This document shows positions 47,001 to 59,200 of a stretch of DNA of 64,000 bases, in pieces. The notes beneath the pieces are model-generated. The model was not told the DNA's origin and made no database searches. It saw only the letters and a list, made by a program, of their open reading frames with translations. Numbering within the stretch: the stretch's first letter is position 1; every line of letters starts with the position of its first letter. Made by a program: the position numbers and the translations under genes. Origin of the DNA: Schmidtea polychroa (taxonomy: Eukaryota); contig CM097885.1 of NCBI GenBank assembly GCA_044892525.1, positions 36,272,001 to 36,336,000 on the forward strand. Reading direction: 5' to 3'.

Positions 47001-50000
47001 TAGTTAGCGACAACACAATATAAAAACAAATTTTATTATATTAATGATTTACGGACTTTTGAAATTGCAAATTTATCAATTATTTCACTAAAATTTAGGT
47101 TTCTTGCAATATCGTTATTAATATGCAGCATTGCTTATCCATTTGGCCGCTCTTGTGTCTTTTCATCTAAAATAAATATTCATTAAATTAAGGGATATAT
47201 TTCAATCGAAAAAAATTTTCATACCTTTTGTTCACTTCTTTTAGTATTAAAATTTATTGAAATTAATTTTTATCAAATAAAAGCACAAACAATATAAACA
47301 AACTTTAATTCAGTTTAACACCGACAATTTTAAATTTAAAACTTCAATGAGACATTTTCGAAATATTTCAAGCCGTTTCATTTCATTTTTTTAGTAAAGA
47401 AATTTTAATGAAATTTAAAATATTCTTTCGAATTCCACGCTAGTTGGGTTTTAATTAAGGGCCCCAATATCATATCATTAATAAACGGATATTTTTAAAA
47501 ATATTTTTAAAAATCTCTTATTCGTGGATTTTAATGACGATCAAGCAATTTTAAATGACAAATTCCTAATCTTAGATCAATCTGATTTATTTAAAAACAT
47601 GTTAGATTGATATATAAGAGCAAAGAAGTTATATATATATATCATTAGTCCATTTTCAAATTGTTGAATTTTTTAAAATTAATTTTTGTTTCCAAAAAAA
47701 ATTCTTCAAATAAAATTTTGAAGAATTGGGGCCAGTGGTCCCTCTGACCCCGCCTCTCCTAGGACTTGCTCATATGCTGTAGAAAACAATTAATAATACA
47801 ATACAACAATATTATTGAAATAATTTTAAGGCATTTAAATCACGATTATTGACATCAGTAAAGGATATTGTTTTTCTCTGAATATAGTGGCACGTGAAAG
47901 ATTTTTAGATGGCATGCCTCGAAAGTGATAATTTATGGAAATTTTAGTACTTTAATCTTCCACTTATTGTGAATAAGTAAAACTATATATTTGCCTGAAA
48001 CCGGGCGATAGATTTTACAAGAAACTCTCATCTCAGGTCATTTGCGTTGATGTTTTTATGTATATTTAAGCCAAGTAAAATTGTCTTAGTATAGGTTTTT
48101 AGCTTTATTTCAGTGGCACGCGTAGTTAGTACTTTTAATTATACTAGGGGCTCTGCCCCTGTTCGCTTCGCTTCACCAACCCCGTTAGAACGTGTGGTTA
48201 ATGTTAAAGTTAATATCCAGGGTATTCTTGGACATGAGTAAGATTCAGTTTATTAATGTTTACATAACTATGATAAAAGATAATAGCATAAACCGTTTCT
48301 AAGTAATATAGAACGATAAGTACAAAAGAATAAATACTTCATAGAAAAAATAAAAATAAAAAAATAAAATAAAATTCGGATGGCTTTTTAATATATAGAG
48401 AGATGTTTTGTGACCGCTGATTTAGTTTATATTTTGCAGAAAATGCATCATAATTAAAAAGTTACCGTTATATTGGAAAATTATCTGTGCCTATAGTTTT
48501 TCTATCATTTCAAATTGTTAATCTACAACAGTGGTTCTCTTGAAAAATATTCTGTTTCATTTAAGCTACAATTTTTTCTCTAGATAGTGCCAATCAGGAA
48601 ATTAGATTTAAGGTAAGTAGAGCAGTTTTCGAAAATACAAACTTCTTAAATGAAATAACTCGCTAAAACAACCAACAACACACAATTCTGGAGCTGTATT
48701 TTAATAATAATTTAGTTTGAATTTATTAATTAATTTAATCTAATATTAAGCATAATGAATTGTTTATTTTAAAATATAAATGAATTATTTTATATTAGAA
48801 AGCTCGATTCCAACATAAGTTTTACGATATATTTTAACAGTTTTTTTGTAATCATCGGTTAGAATAGAATAAAACTATAGGCGTTATAGATTTAATAAAT
48901 GGATTATCAATTATTTTTCAAATTAAACTATTTTTAAAAAATTTTAATGATATAAATTTATTTTCTTTTTGACAAGAAATCAAATATTCAACACAAACTT
49001 TCGCCTTTTTTGTCTTTAACAAGTGTTAATAAAATAATATATTGTATTAATATAAAAGCCGAGGCCAAAATATTCTGTGGAGTATAATAAAAATATGAAA
49101 ATACATGAAATATCATCAAAAACAGATCAAATGTCGCGAAAAGATTTTGGATTCAGCTATCTTATCAATAACGCTTTACATATGGCACGTTCCCAATAAT
49201 TATTCAAATGTTTTAATATAATTTCAAAACTTTAAATGACTATTTTACTCATACAGCACTTATTCGGATCGCTAATATTGGTAAATCTCTAATGTTCAAG
49301 AACTCGAGTAGAGTATTATTGATTTTGTCAAATATAAAACACCTACAGTATGAAAAAAAATAAAGATAAAAGAAATAGAAAATAAAAACAGATTAGTGCT
49401 GAAAAGGATAAATGATCAAAAATTGAAGAATAATCAAAAAAAATATTTTTTCCCAAGGAAGTATTATTGCAGAAATAACTGGTGCTCAGTTGCCAGACTG
49501 AAATAATACAAATACTGATAGTAATAATTAATTTTTTCACGATATTTTTATGTCGATTTAATATTTTTCCAAGCCTGGTGCAATTCTTTCATAAAAATTT
49601 TGCATTAGGTTTTTCTGCCTAAATCAATAAAGCAATTGAGGCGTTTATTTTGAAAGTAGAGCAAGACCATATTTCCATGTTTTTCAGAGATTTTTAATAA
49701 GCATTATTAGATAATAAATGTTCACCATCTATAAGTTCTAAAGACATGAAAGTTGGCTGCTAAAACTTATCCAATATTTTCCAGTTTTTTAAAAAACGCA
49801 AATCTTTAACTAGTTCAATTTAAAATGTTTATTCAGTTAATTTTCTGTTAAACTTTACAGAATGCTATTGATAAGGCGATTGAAAATCAACTAATTATGG
49901 GTTTCAAACATTCCCGCGCGTTTGTTCGACCGTCAGGAACTGAAGATATCGTGCGCATTTATGTGGAATCTTCTAATCAAGAAGGCACTGATCAATTAGC

Positions 50001-50040
50001 ACACTCATTAGAAAAATTCATTAATGAAATGAGCAAATAA
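25481..50040 (+). CDS. PGM3: Phosphoacetylglucosamine mutase, paralogue 1 (about 531 aa, 7 exons)
   Basis: Exons 25481-25639, 25680-25875 (or 25881), 34315-34466, 34511-34756, 43604-43969, 46320-46616 and 49861-50040; all GT-AG and phase-compatible. Motifs YGTAG, TASHNP, DTR, TTPQLH, DCANGVG, CGADYVK, DGDADR, QTAYAN, YFEANGHG and RPSGTED. Confidence 0.93.
27068..28033. mobile_element. Non-autonomous TIR element, probably Mutator-like
   Basis: Imperfect TIRs GGTGGCGGAACAAAATGGTAC / GTACCATTTTGTCCTAGAACC with tandem ACAAAATGGTA subrepeats. 8-bp TSD AATAATTC (27060-67, 28034-41). Confidence 0.7.
28530..29231. mobile_element. Degenerate Tigger-like MITE containing a (TA)n tract (29016-29085)
   Basis: Right end ...GGATTACTG-TA and repeated CCGCGA motifs near both ends; left terminus is degraded. 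Confidence 0.4.
32715..32934. mobile_element. piggyBac-type MITE
   Basis: TIRs CCTTTTGCGGTCC / GGACCGCAAAGGG flanked by TTAA on both sides. Confidence 0.85.
33060..33945. mobile_element. hAT-like non-autonomous element enclosing a minus-strand 3' fragment of a Charlie/GTF2IRD2-type transposase (about 33534-33920)
   Basis: TIRs CAGGGCTGTGGAGTC / GACTCCACAGCCCTA, with an imperfect 8-bp TSD (GATTTTAT/GATTTAAC). Internal [17 protein letters not shown]...RTKL is the hAT dimerization motif. Confidence 0.7.
34831..34944. repeat. Short hairpin (arms about 50 bp), MITE-like
   Basis: CAATTGGCATTATATTTATTAAAAAATTGACTATGAATCAGT is followed by its near-perfect reverse complement. Confidence 0.8.
34966..38193 (+). 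mobile_element. hATm/hATw-like DNA transposon with near-intact transposase (35638-37901; one frameshift near 36330, one TAG at 36816)
   Basis: TIRs TAGGGTGGAG / CTCCACCCTA and direct repeat GTGAAAA (34959-65, 38194-200). Motifs [30 protein letters not shown] and [10 protein letters not shown]. Confidence 0.85.
38476..40967 (+). mobile_element. Tigger1-like transposon embedded in a (TA)n tract; transposase 38946-40656 disrupted
   Basis: TIRs CTAGAGCCTCGAGTTGCGT / ACGCAACTCGAGGCTCTTG, with (TA)n on both sides (38398-38475, 40968-41037). Motifs [32 protein letters not shown] and QPMDQG. Early TAA and a frameshift near 39525. Confidence 0.93.
41642..41760 (-). repeat. Short fragment homologous to the Gypsy remnant at about 51665-51780
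   Basis: Shared ATTGATCTCGTC...GTTCGTTGGGCATGAAAGTGTT...CGCTTGAA.GATTGGG. Confidence 0.7.
46934..47768 (-). mobile_element. Non-autonomous hAT element (Tip100-like C-terminal remnant)
   Basis: Perfect 8-bp TSD CTCATATG (46926-33, 47769-76), imperfect TIRs CAGGGTCTAG / CTAGGACTTG, and GGGGCCC subterminal motifs. Minus-strand remnant [29 protein letters not shown]. Confidence 0.8.
48144..48403 (-). mobile_element. Short non-autonomous Helitron
   Basis: On the minus strand it starts TCTCTCTATATATT after an A and ends in a GC-rich hairpin (GGGGCAGAGCCCC) plus CTAG before a T. No TSD. Confidence 0.7.
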
Positions 50041-50218
50041 TAATTATATTTTAGCTTTGGATCAATTGGTTTCTACGGGATTTTATTTTTAAATATAGAT
50101 TTAGTGGTCTTTTTGATTTTTTTAAAAAAATTTATGTTCATTTCAAAAAAATTGTTTGAAAGTGTATTATTTCCTTCTATTCCAACAGTTATTGAGCTAT
50201 TTAAATGTCAATTTAGGT

Positions 50219-53200
50219 ATGTCGTTTGATAAAGAAGAATTAATCCAACAGTTAAATCATTATGTTATCGGTGAAGAAGACAAAAACTTTATTTATGGAA
50301 CAGCTGGATTTCGAACTGCAGCAACTCGATTAGTTGGAATTGCATTTCGAATAGGTATTATGGCTGTTCTAAGATCTATGCAAGAGGTTTATCGTTACGA
50401 TTGAAATATGAGATAAAATGTATTCAGATGGGTATGGTAATTGGTATCATGGTTACTGCTTCACACAATGAGGCTAGTGATAATGGGTTAAAGGTTGTTG
50501 ATAAAGGCGGCGAAATGTTGGATGAGTCATGGGAAGAAATAGCAGTGCAATTTATTCGAACTCATGTTGACGACGTTCCAGATTTTATAAATGCAATTTG
50601 TATTAATAGAAATATTGATATTTCCATTAGAGGTAATAAATTTTTATTTATTTTGATTCTTTTATCTATTTTACATTTTTTAATTGCATATAGTGATTGT
50701 AAAAAACTTTCTCGCAGAGCTCCATATTAGTGATAATTTTGGTGATGTTAACGTGTTCTTTTAAATTGCTAATATTCTCGATAATTGTGAACTTTCAAGT
50801 CAATCATAAATTTTTTTTAATTTCAATAAAATAAACATTTACACTATGAAATTTTTCTAATTTTGTATCATTATTTATGATCAAAAGTCAACAATCAACA
50901 AAAACTGAAATCTTCAAATCGGTTAGAAAATTTTCTCGAGGAATTTATTCTACAGTTCATCCGAGTATTTCTGTCCGATCTTTTTGTATTTTCATTCTAA
51001 TCGCTGTTTGCATATTTGTCGGAAAAAATAATAATCTGGCAAATGATGTTTATTAAACCTTTAAGTAAAAATAAAAATACTTTTCTGGTGAAATCCGAAA
51101 TTCATTGTAAAATGTATAATGCAAGGTCTTTTTCATATAATTCCACTTTGAAACAATTACAATTGTTTAAACTCAATCTTGAATGTTCTCGAACTCGTTT
51201 ACAAGGACGGTGGCAATTTTGAAATCGTTTTAACATTGACACTTTAAATATTTTAGGGAGTTTACATGTTCGACTGGAGGGGAATGGTGGATTTTTTTGA
51301 AGGCGCTGAACTTTTTGGTGTGTCTGGTAGTGTTGTCGGTTGTTCCATGTCTTCTAATATGTCTTCGTTTATGTTATAGTCTTTTGTAATATGGCTGTTT
51401 GGGATTTCATCGTATTCAAGGGTGCAAAACGCTGGTTTAAATCTGTAAAGGTTGATCATGACGTGGTTGTTGTCAATCTCGAGTTTCGCTGTATTTTTGT
51501 ACAGCTCTATGATGCGAAACGGACCTTTGAATCTGGGTTTGAGGTTTGAAGAGTCGATAGTTCTCATCCATTGTGAGTTGCTGAGGAAAGGAACTGTGGT
51601 ATATATGGTTTGTACGACGTGGAATATGTGAACGACGGATTTGTATCTAAGCTCAAAAAATTCGTACGTGTTAGATTGATCTCGTCTAATGGTGAGTTAT
51701 TGTAAAGATGTTCGTTGGGCATGAAAGTGTTGTATCCAAACAAAGGTTTTGAAGGAGACACGTCGCTTGAATGATTGGGTTGTTGTGCCATCCTAGTAAA
51801 ACAAATGATAGGTGTGTTATCTGACGGTGTGCCCTGTTTGATGGGTCTTTCATGGAGAAGCAGTGGATAAGAGGTTTGTGATCAGTGAAGACTGTGAATT
51901 GTCTACCTTCTAAAATGTGACATCTAGAAAAATAGCAAGTAATTCTCTGTTGAATGCAATGTACTTTGACTCTGCCTATGAAAATTTTCTAGAGAAAAAT
52001 TTTATTTGGAGTAAAATTTTGTCTTTAATTTGATGAAGGACTGCGGCGGCGGCGATATTTGATGCATCTGTTGTGAGGGTGAATAGGCGGTCATGACTCG
52101 GGTAGTGAAGAGTTGTAATCTTGGATAGAGCGTCTTTGACTGTGTTGAATGTGTCACGTGTTGTGTCGGACTAGTTAATGGTGGAGTTTTTCTTTCCTTT
52201 GTTCAGTGCTGAAAGAGGTGCCGTTATGTGTAATGCATTTTTTATGAATCTGTGACAGAAATTGACGATGCCCAAAAAGCTACGTAGTTGTGTTAAGGTG
52301 GCGAGTAATGGACAGCTGCGGATTACGTCAAGTTGTTCAGGAAAAGGTTCGCAACCCATAGATGAGAGTATGTGACCAAGGAATCTGACGTGTTTTTGAA
52401 AGAATTTGCATTTATTTACATTGATCTGTAAGCTATAACGGTTCAATATGTCAAGAACAGTGTGTAGGTCTTTGTTGTGGGTGTCGCGGTAGGGTGATGC
52501 TACGATTATATCGTCGAAGTATGCAAAAGCGTGGTGGACGTCCCGGAAAATTGTGTCTATGAAGAGTTTTAAAGACTGAGTTGCATTCCTTAAGCTGAAA
52601 GGCATGAACATGTATTCGAAATTTCCAAATGGTGTGGTTACAGCGGTTTTGGGAACGTCATCGATATGGACAGGAAATTGATTGTAGGCTTTCGAGAGGT
52701 CAATAGTTGAAAATATGGTTGATTGTGAAAGGCGGGTTATTAAATCTTTGATAAGTGGCATTGGGTATGTATCGTGAACGGTCACTTGATTGAGTTGACG
52801 TTAGTCGCCGCACGGACTGAGGCAATCGTCTTTCTTGATGATTACATGTATTGGTGAATTCGGCTTTTACTGCGTCGAGTTTGATGGGTGGGAGGGGTCT
52901 GGCTCGGTTGTGTTGTGGTATCCACGGTAATGTCGGAATATAATGAATCGATAGAGTTGTAGGTGGTATGATAGGGGATTTTGTGATGAGGTTTGGGTAT
53001 GTGGTTGAGATTGTCTCGATTATTTCGTACATTGGCTCTGAATTAGGTGAGTGTTGGATATCTGACATGTGAATATTGCGTTCCATCGTGTCAGTAGATT
53101 GGATAAAGCTAAGTTGGGTCGTTGGAGATGTCTGCGTAGAGATTGATGTTCTGTTTGGTGATACATTTATGGATATAGGATTGAGATGTCGGTTTATAGT

Positions 53201-56200
53201 GAATAGTCGTCTATTTCTGCAGTCTATCATGAGGAATTGTTCGCTGAGGAAATCGGAGCCTAGTATTGGAAGAATTGTGTCTGCTATGTGGAAGTTGTGA
53301 GTGAAAGTTCAGTTCAGTGTCGGTAGCTTGAATAAAAGTTTTTTTATTCCCAAAAATTGTATCGGTGTGTCGTTGGCTGCCAATACGGTGAAAGGAGATT
53401 TGAGATCTGGGGTTATAGTGGTTAGGAATTTTCGAAAATGATGATCCGGAGTTGACGAGGAAGTGAATTGATGAGCTCGAATTAAATGTTGCTTCAACGG
53501 TAAGGATGTTGTTGATCGCGAAGGCACCGCCTGAAAATCCAGGGTTTACAGACGGTGAAGTTAGTTTTAGGGGGATTGAAGTAGTCTTTGTCGTATTATG
53601 GTTTGTTTGAGTGACGATTCACAAAAGTGCAGCCTGGAAGGCATTTTTGTTCGTGTAACCCGAAGAGGTTGTGGTAAATGCAGGTGGGAATAAATTGATA
53701 TTTTTATGACAGAAAAGTTAAAACTCGTTGCAGAACTATCTGATCCTGCATGGTTATGGGATCTAGCCTTTTTAACAGATATAACCGAACATCTCAATAT
53801 CCTCAATTTAAAATTGCAAGGCAAAGGTAAACTTATACATGAACTATTTATTGATGTCAAATCTTTCAGATCAAGATTGAAATTTTTTAAAAGGCAATTT
53901 CGACAAAATAATTTCACACATTTTCAATCTTGTGAATATTTATGGAATAATGGATCAAAAGATAAGAATAGTTTTTCTATTAATAGAAGTATCGACAATA
54001 TTGCATTGCTTCAAAATGAATTTAACAAAAGATTTTCTGATTTCTTTTGGAATGAAACAATATTTACTTTGTTCCAAAATCCTTTTGAAGTAAACGTGGA
54101 TGACATGGATCCCAATTTACAATTAGAATTAATTGATTTGCAATCAAACGATACAGTGAAATCACTCTTTAAAATTGAAAACATAAGCACATTTTATTCA
54201 CTTTTGCTGGAAAATACTTTCAGCAATATTAAAAATTTTCCCATGAAAATAATTTCAATATTTGGAAGTACCTATATCTGCGAGCAAGCCTTTTCACGAA
54301 TGAAATATATAAAATCAAAATTACGATCAAGACTGACGGATGACCATTTGAAGGATTTTTTAAAAATAAGCGTATCTAATTTCAAAGCAAATATAAATAA
54401 TTTCATTGAAAGATCAAACAATCAGGCTCATTGTTCACATTAATTTTTTTTAATAATAATATATGTCTTAACTTTTTTTTGTAGTTTTTTATGTGCGAAT
54501 ATTTTAAATAAAACATAATTTTTCTTAAATTGATTTATATTTCTTTATAATATAACAACGGTGGGCAAATGCGGCTCTTGGAGCCGCATGCGGCTCTTCG
54601 TTGAGTAAACTGCGGCTCATTGATAATTGAATTCTTGATAATCGAATTCGATTTTTTATTTTGAAATTTTTCACTAAATGTTTTGAGAAAAAATTTTTTG
54701 TTGCAATTGTATTTTCATAAATGTCAAAACTTAACGAAACATTGTTTTTCACATTTTACTGCTTTTTAAAATTATTTTGTAGTAGGCGGCGCTTTGTTAT
54801 AACAACGAGAGAGAAGCATCAAAAATAAATTTAGTGAATTTTGATTGGTTATTATTTTGTTTGTTCAAGATTGCGGTCGTTTGTATATTTTAGTATAGTT
54901 TTCTATTCGTGTTTTTTGAAAAATTTGGTAAGAAGATTTTTTTATGAAGCATTTTAAAATTTTAAACTAATTCAAATTAAATTAATGTCTTTTATTTATT
55001 TTGTTTAAATTTCAGCCATATAGTTATTTAAATTTATTATTATAATGACATCAGAAAACATCAAAAAACGAAAATACAGACAAGAAAATAGAACTTTTCA
55101 AGAAGAATGGACAGAAAAGTTTTTTTATTGACAATAATGGTAAATCGTTGTGTCTTATTTGTAAAGGTACAATTTCCAACTACAAAGTAACCAATTTACG
55201 TCGACACTATGAAGTAAGTCATCCACACTTATCAATTCAATATCCACTCAATTCAAACTTGCGGACAGAAAAACTTAAGTCATTGCAATCAGGGCTTCAA
55301 GCCCAACAAGGACTATTATCTACTTTTAGTCGAGAAGATGACAGTGCCAACGAAGCTAGTTTTTTGATAGCTTGGAATATAGCTCGTGCTAAACGTCCAT
55401 ATGGAAAAGGTGAATTTATTAAGAGAAACTTGGAAGAAGTGATTAAAGTTTTGGATCCGGACAACTCAAAACTACATAAATTAATCTCACGTATTCCTAT
55501 TTCACGTCGTACAACTGAGCGTCGAATTGGCCAAATTAGCGAAAATGTTGAAAATAATTTGATGTGTGATTTAAAAAATTGTACAGCATTCAGTTTAGCT
55601 CTCGACGAGTCTACTGACATTCAGGATGTTCCACAATTAGCCGTTTTTGTCTACATTTGCATTTTTTGTGAACCCATTTATTTGTGATATTATTGAAGAT
55701 GGATTTCCAATTTCTGAAGTAATACTTGTTAAAAAAGCGGTTGGGGAATTGGAGTTATTAGATATGAAAGAGGACCAGGCTTTGCAAATGCACCATAAAT
55801 CTACTTCTATAGTTGAATTTTGGAAACTCGTACCAGAGGCAAAATATCCACACTTAAAACAAGCTGCTTGCCGTCTAATTTCAATTTTTGGTACAACATA
55901 TTGTTGTGAATCTTTGTACTCCACAATGAAGTTCGTAAATTCGAAATATCGTTCACAGTTGACCAATCAGCATCTTACAGAATTGCTGCGAACAGCTTTA
56001 ACAAAGTATACACCAAATTTCAAAGATTTGACCAAAAGTCTTCGTTAATTCAAGAAATTTTATTACTTTTTATTAATGGATTTTTATGTTTGTTACTTAA
56101 TGTTTGAAATAATTATTTTGTTTTTTTTTAATAGCGTTTTAGTCTCTTTAATCAAATTAATGAAATAAAAAAAAATATGTACTTTACTATGGTGGCTCTG

Positions 56201-59200
56201 TAAAAAATAAATTTTCGGAAAATGGCTCTTATTGAACCCATGCGTGCCCACCCTTGTAATATAATATTATAGTAGTAATTGTTGGGAAGCATTCCATGGT
56301 TTCCCGATGGAGGTGAAGATGCAGGAGAGTCGTTATTCATAATGTTTATTTAAATTCGTCGTCTATTTATAGATGTTATTATCCAATCACATTTGACTTC
56401 TGATGGAACGATAACCAATAATCTTAAAGGGGTAATAATGATGGGACCGATTAAGAAACTAACTTTAAGTTAATGATTAGTTATGCTAAACCTCTAATTG
56501 GTTCCAACAGTAATATATAAAATATTGAAAACTTTGATACGGCCCGTTGAACTCATGAAAATTTTTATGTGGCCCTCTTCTTTAAAACATTGGGGACCTC
56601 TGGTGTAATACCAAAAAACGATAGACCAATCTTATCATATTTCTTTTGTATTTAAATATCACAAAAACTTCCTGGTGATGTATACAGACCAGTATTTGTT
56701 GATATTCTATAAATTCTTCTTTTTAACATTTAGATTCGGATTATACGGTTGAAATGATAATTGGCAGACATTGACCAAAATTTTCATTGTAAATATTTTT
56801 TTTTCTTATTGGAATAAAATATATTATTGGTTTGGATTTAAATCAAGTATTTGGATACCACAAATTTATACAATCAATATGTATTACTTAGTTAAAAAGA
56901 ATATAATCACACTACAGATATTGTAAAATATATTTTATTAAAATTTTCATAAAATTTTCATATTTCTTCTACTTTCAAGTCAAGTATATCTAATGAAGTG
57001 GAATAAAATATTACAATTACATTTTTTAATTTCATTGCCCAATAATGAAATTACTGAATAATTTCCATTAACCCTTAAGTGAACAAGAAAAATTAAAGAT
57101 AAAATAAATCCAATGATCATATTCAACTAATATCATTGTTTTGTAATCATTGAGATTATTATGCACATATACCTTTAATTATTTTATCTTTATGTGGATT
57201 GATATAATATATATCAGGGGTAGCCAAAGCGTCGACCGCGTAACATTTTCTAGTCGCCAGCCTATCTAATATCTACATATCTCTGTCATTCCGGGAATCA
57301 GCTGCTAAGCGCACGTGCGACAGATATGACGCGCTACAAAGCCGAAGCTAACCGATTATCGACGACAGTCTCTTTCTGAAAGCCGACACGCATACTTATT
57401 GTCGGGTATAACCATCCCATGGGCAGTGATGTAACAAGAGTTGACTTTTAGGTTATAAGAGCTCGCGGGCGACCGTAGCGTAGTTTTACAAGTGACACTA
57501 CGCTATAATTCGCTACATTTGGTTTTGCATGCAGTGTCATACTCATCAGTGGTCCGCTCGTCAGTGTATGGTTCAATTACGACGTGTTAGTATCGAACCC
57601 AAATGAAAGTTATTAATAGTAACAGTAGGCGTCATTTCATGTAAGATTCAGCTTTAATTATCATGATCTTTTATTTTATTGATAAAGAAATCGATTTATT
57701 TTAGTTTCATTATTTGGCCCACAATGAGTCATCCGACCACAAATTCAAAAAAGCCGAAAATATATGATTATAATGATAAATGGAATTTTTTTTTACGATG
57801 AAAAATGATAAATGTATTTGCATTATTTGTCTTTCAATCGTAGCACTTCCTAAAAGGGCCAATGTTGAAAGACATTTTAAAACAGTCCATAAACAATTCG
57901 AAAATAATTATTCACCTGGGACTAAGTTACGGAAAGCAAAATTGCAACAATTAATGACACAATTATCTAACCAACATTCATTTCATTTGAGATCAAGTAC
58001 GTAGTCGAAGACAGCCACCATGGCCTCATTCAAGGTAGCTGAAATTTTATTAAAACATAAGAAGCCCTTTTAAGACGGCGAAATATGGAAGGAGAGTTAT
58101 ATTAAAGCTGGAGAATTTTTATTTCAAAATTTTAAAAATAAATCTGAAATAATCGCTCCCATTAAAGAAATGTCACAGTCGCGAAACACCATTATGCGCA
58201 GAACAGAAGCGATGAGTAAAAATTTAGAAGTGATTCTGAAAGAAAATATTAATGAACGCAGGTTCCTATCCTTACAATTCGACGAATCAACGGATGTCAC
58301 TGGTACCACACAGCTATGTATATTTATTCGAATGTGTTTCCATGATATGTCTGTTAGAGAAGAATTGTTAACAATTTTACCGATGAAGGGCCAAACGAGA
58401 GGTCAATACATATATAATTCGTTAAAATTTTTCATCAATATAACAGAATTTCCAATACATAAACTGGTGTCGATTACGACTGATGGAGCTCCTGCTATGG
58501 TTGAGAATCATAATGGGTTCATAACTCTTTGTAAGAATGATGATGATATTTCAAGTTTTACCCATTACCATTGCATTATCCATCAGCAGGCTTTGTGCTC
58601 AAAGATATTAAATTCAGACGATGTGATGAATGTCACATTCAAAATAGTTAATTCTATTCGTGGAAGCAGTTTTGCAAAGACACAGATTTAGAGCATTACT
58701 AGAGGAATGTGAATCTGATCTCGGGGAATTACTATTACACACTATTACAAGGTGGTTAAGCCGTGCTAAGTTTTTAAAAAGATTATTCGATCTTTTACCT
58801 GAAATAAAAGAGTTTATGGCAACTCTTAATAAAAGATATCCTCAATTGGAAGATGATAAGTGGTTGCAAGATCTTGCTTTTCTCTCTGACATTACAGGAA
58901 AGCTAAATGAATTAAATTTGCAACTTCAGGGAAAGAACAAAACATTGACTGACATGGTTAGCGACGTGAATGCATTCAAGGGAAAGCTTTCTCTCCTAGA
59001 AGCACAATTGAGGCGAGGGGACTTTAAACAATTTGAAAATATGGCAGGTAAATCTACAGATAGAAGCTCACAGGAATATGATCAATATGCTAATAAGATG
59101 TCTCTGTTACGAAATGAGTTTGTTAGAAGATTTAAAGATATTTCAAAAATAGAAGATATAATATCATTCATGTCATTCACATTCAATGATGAAATTCAAA

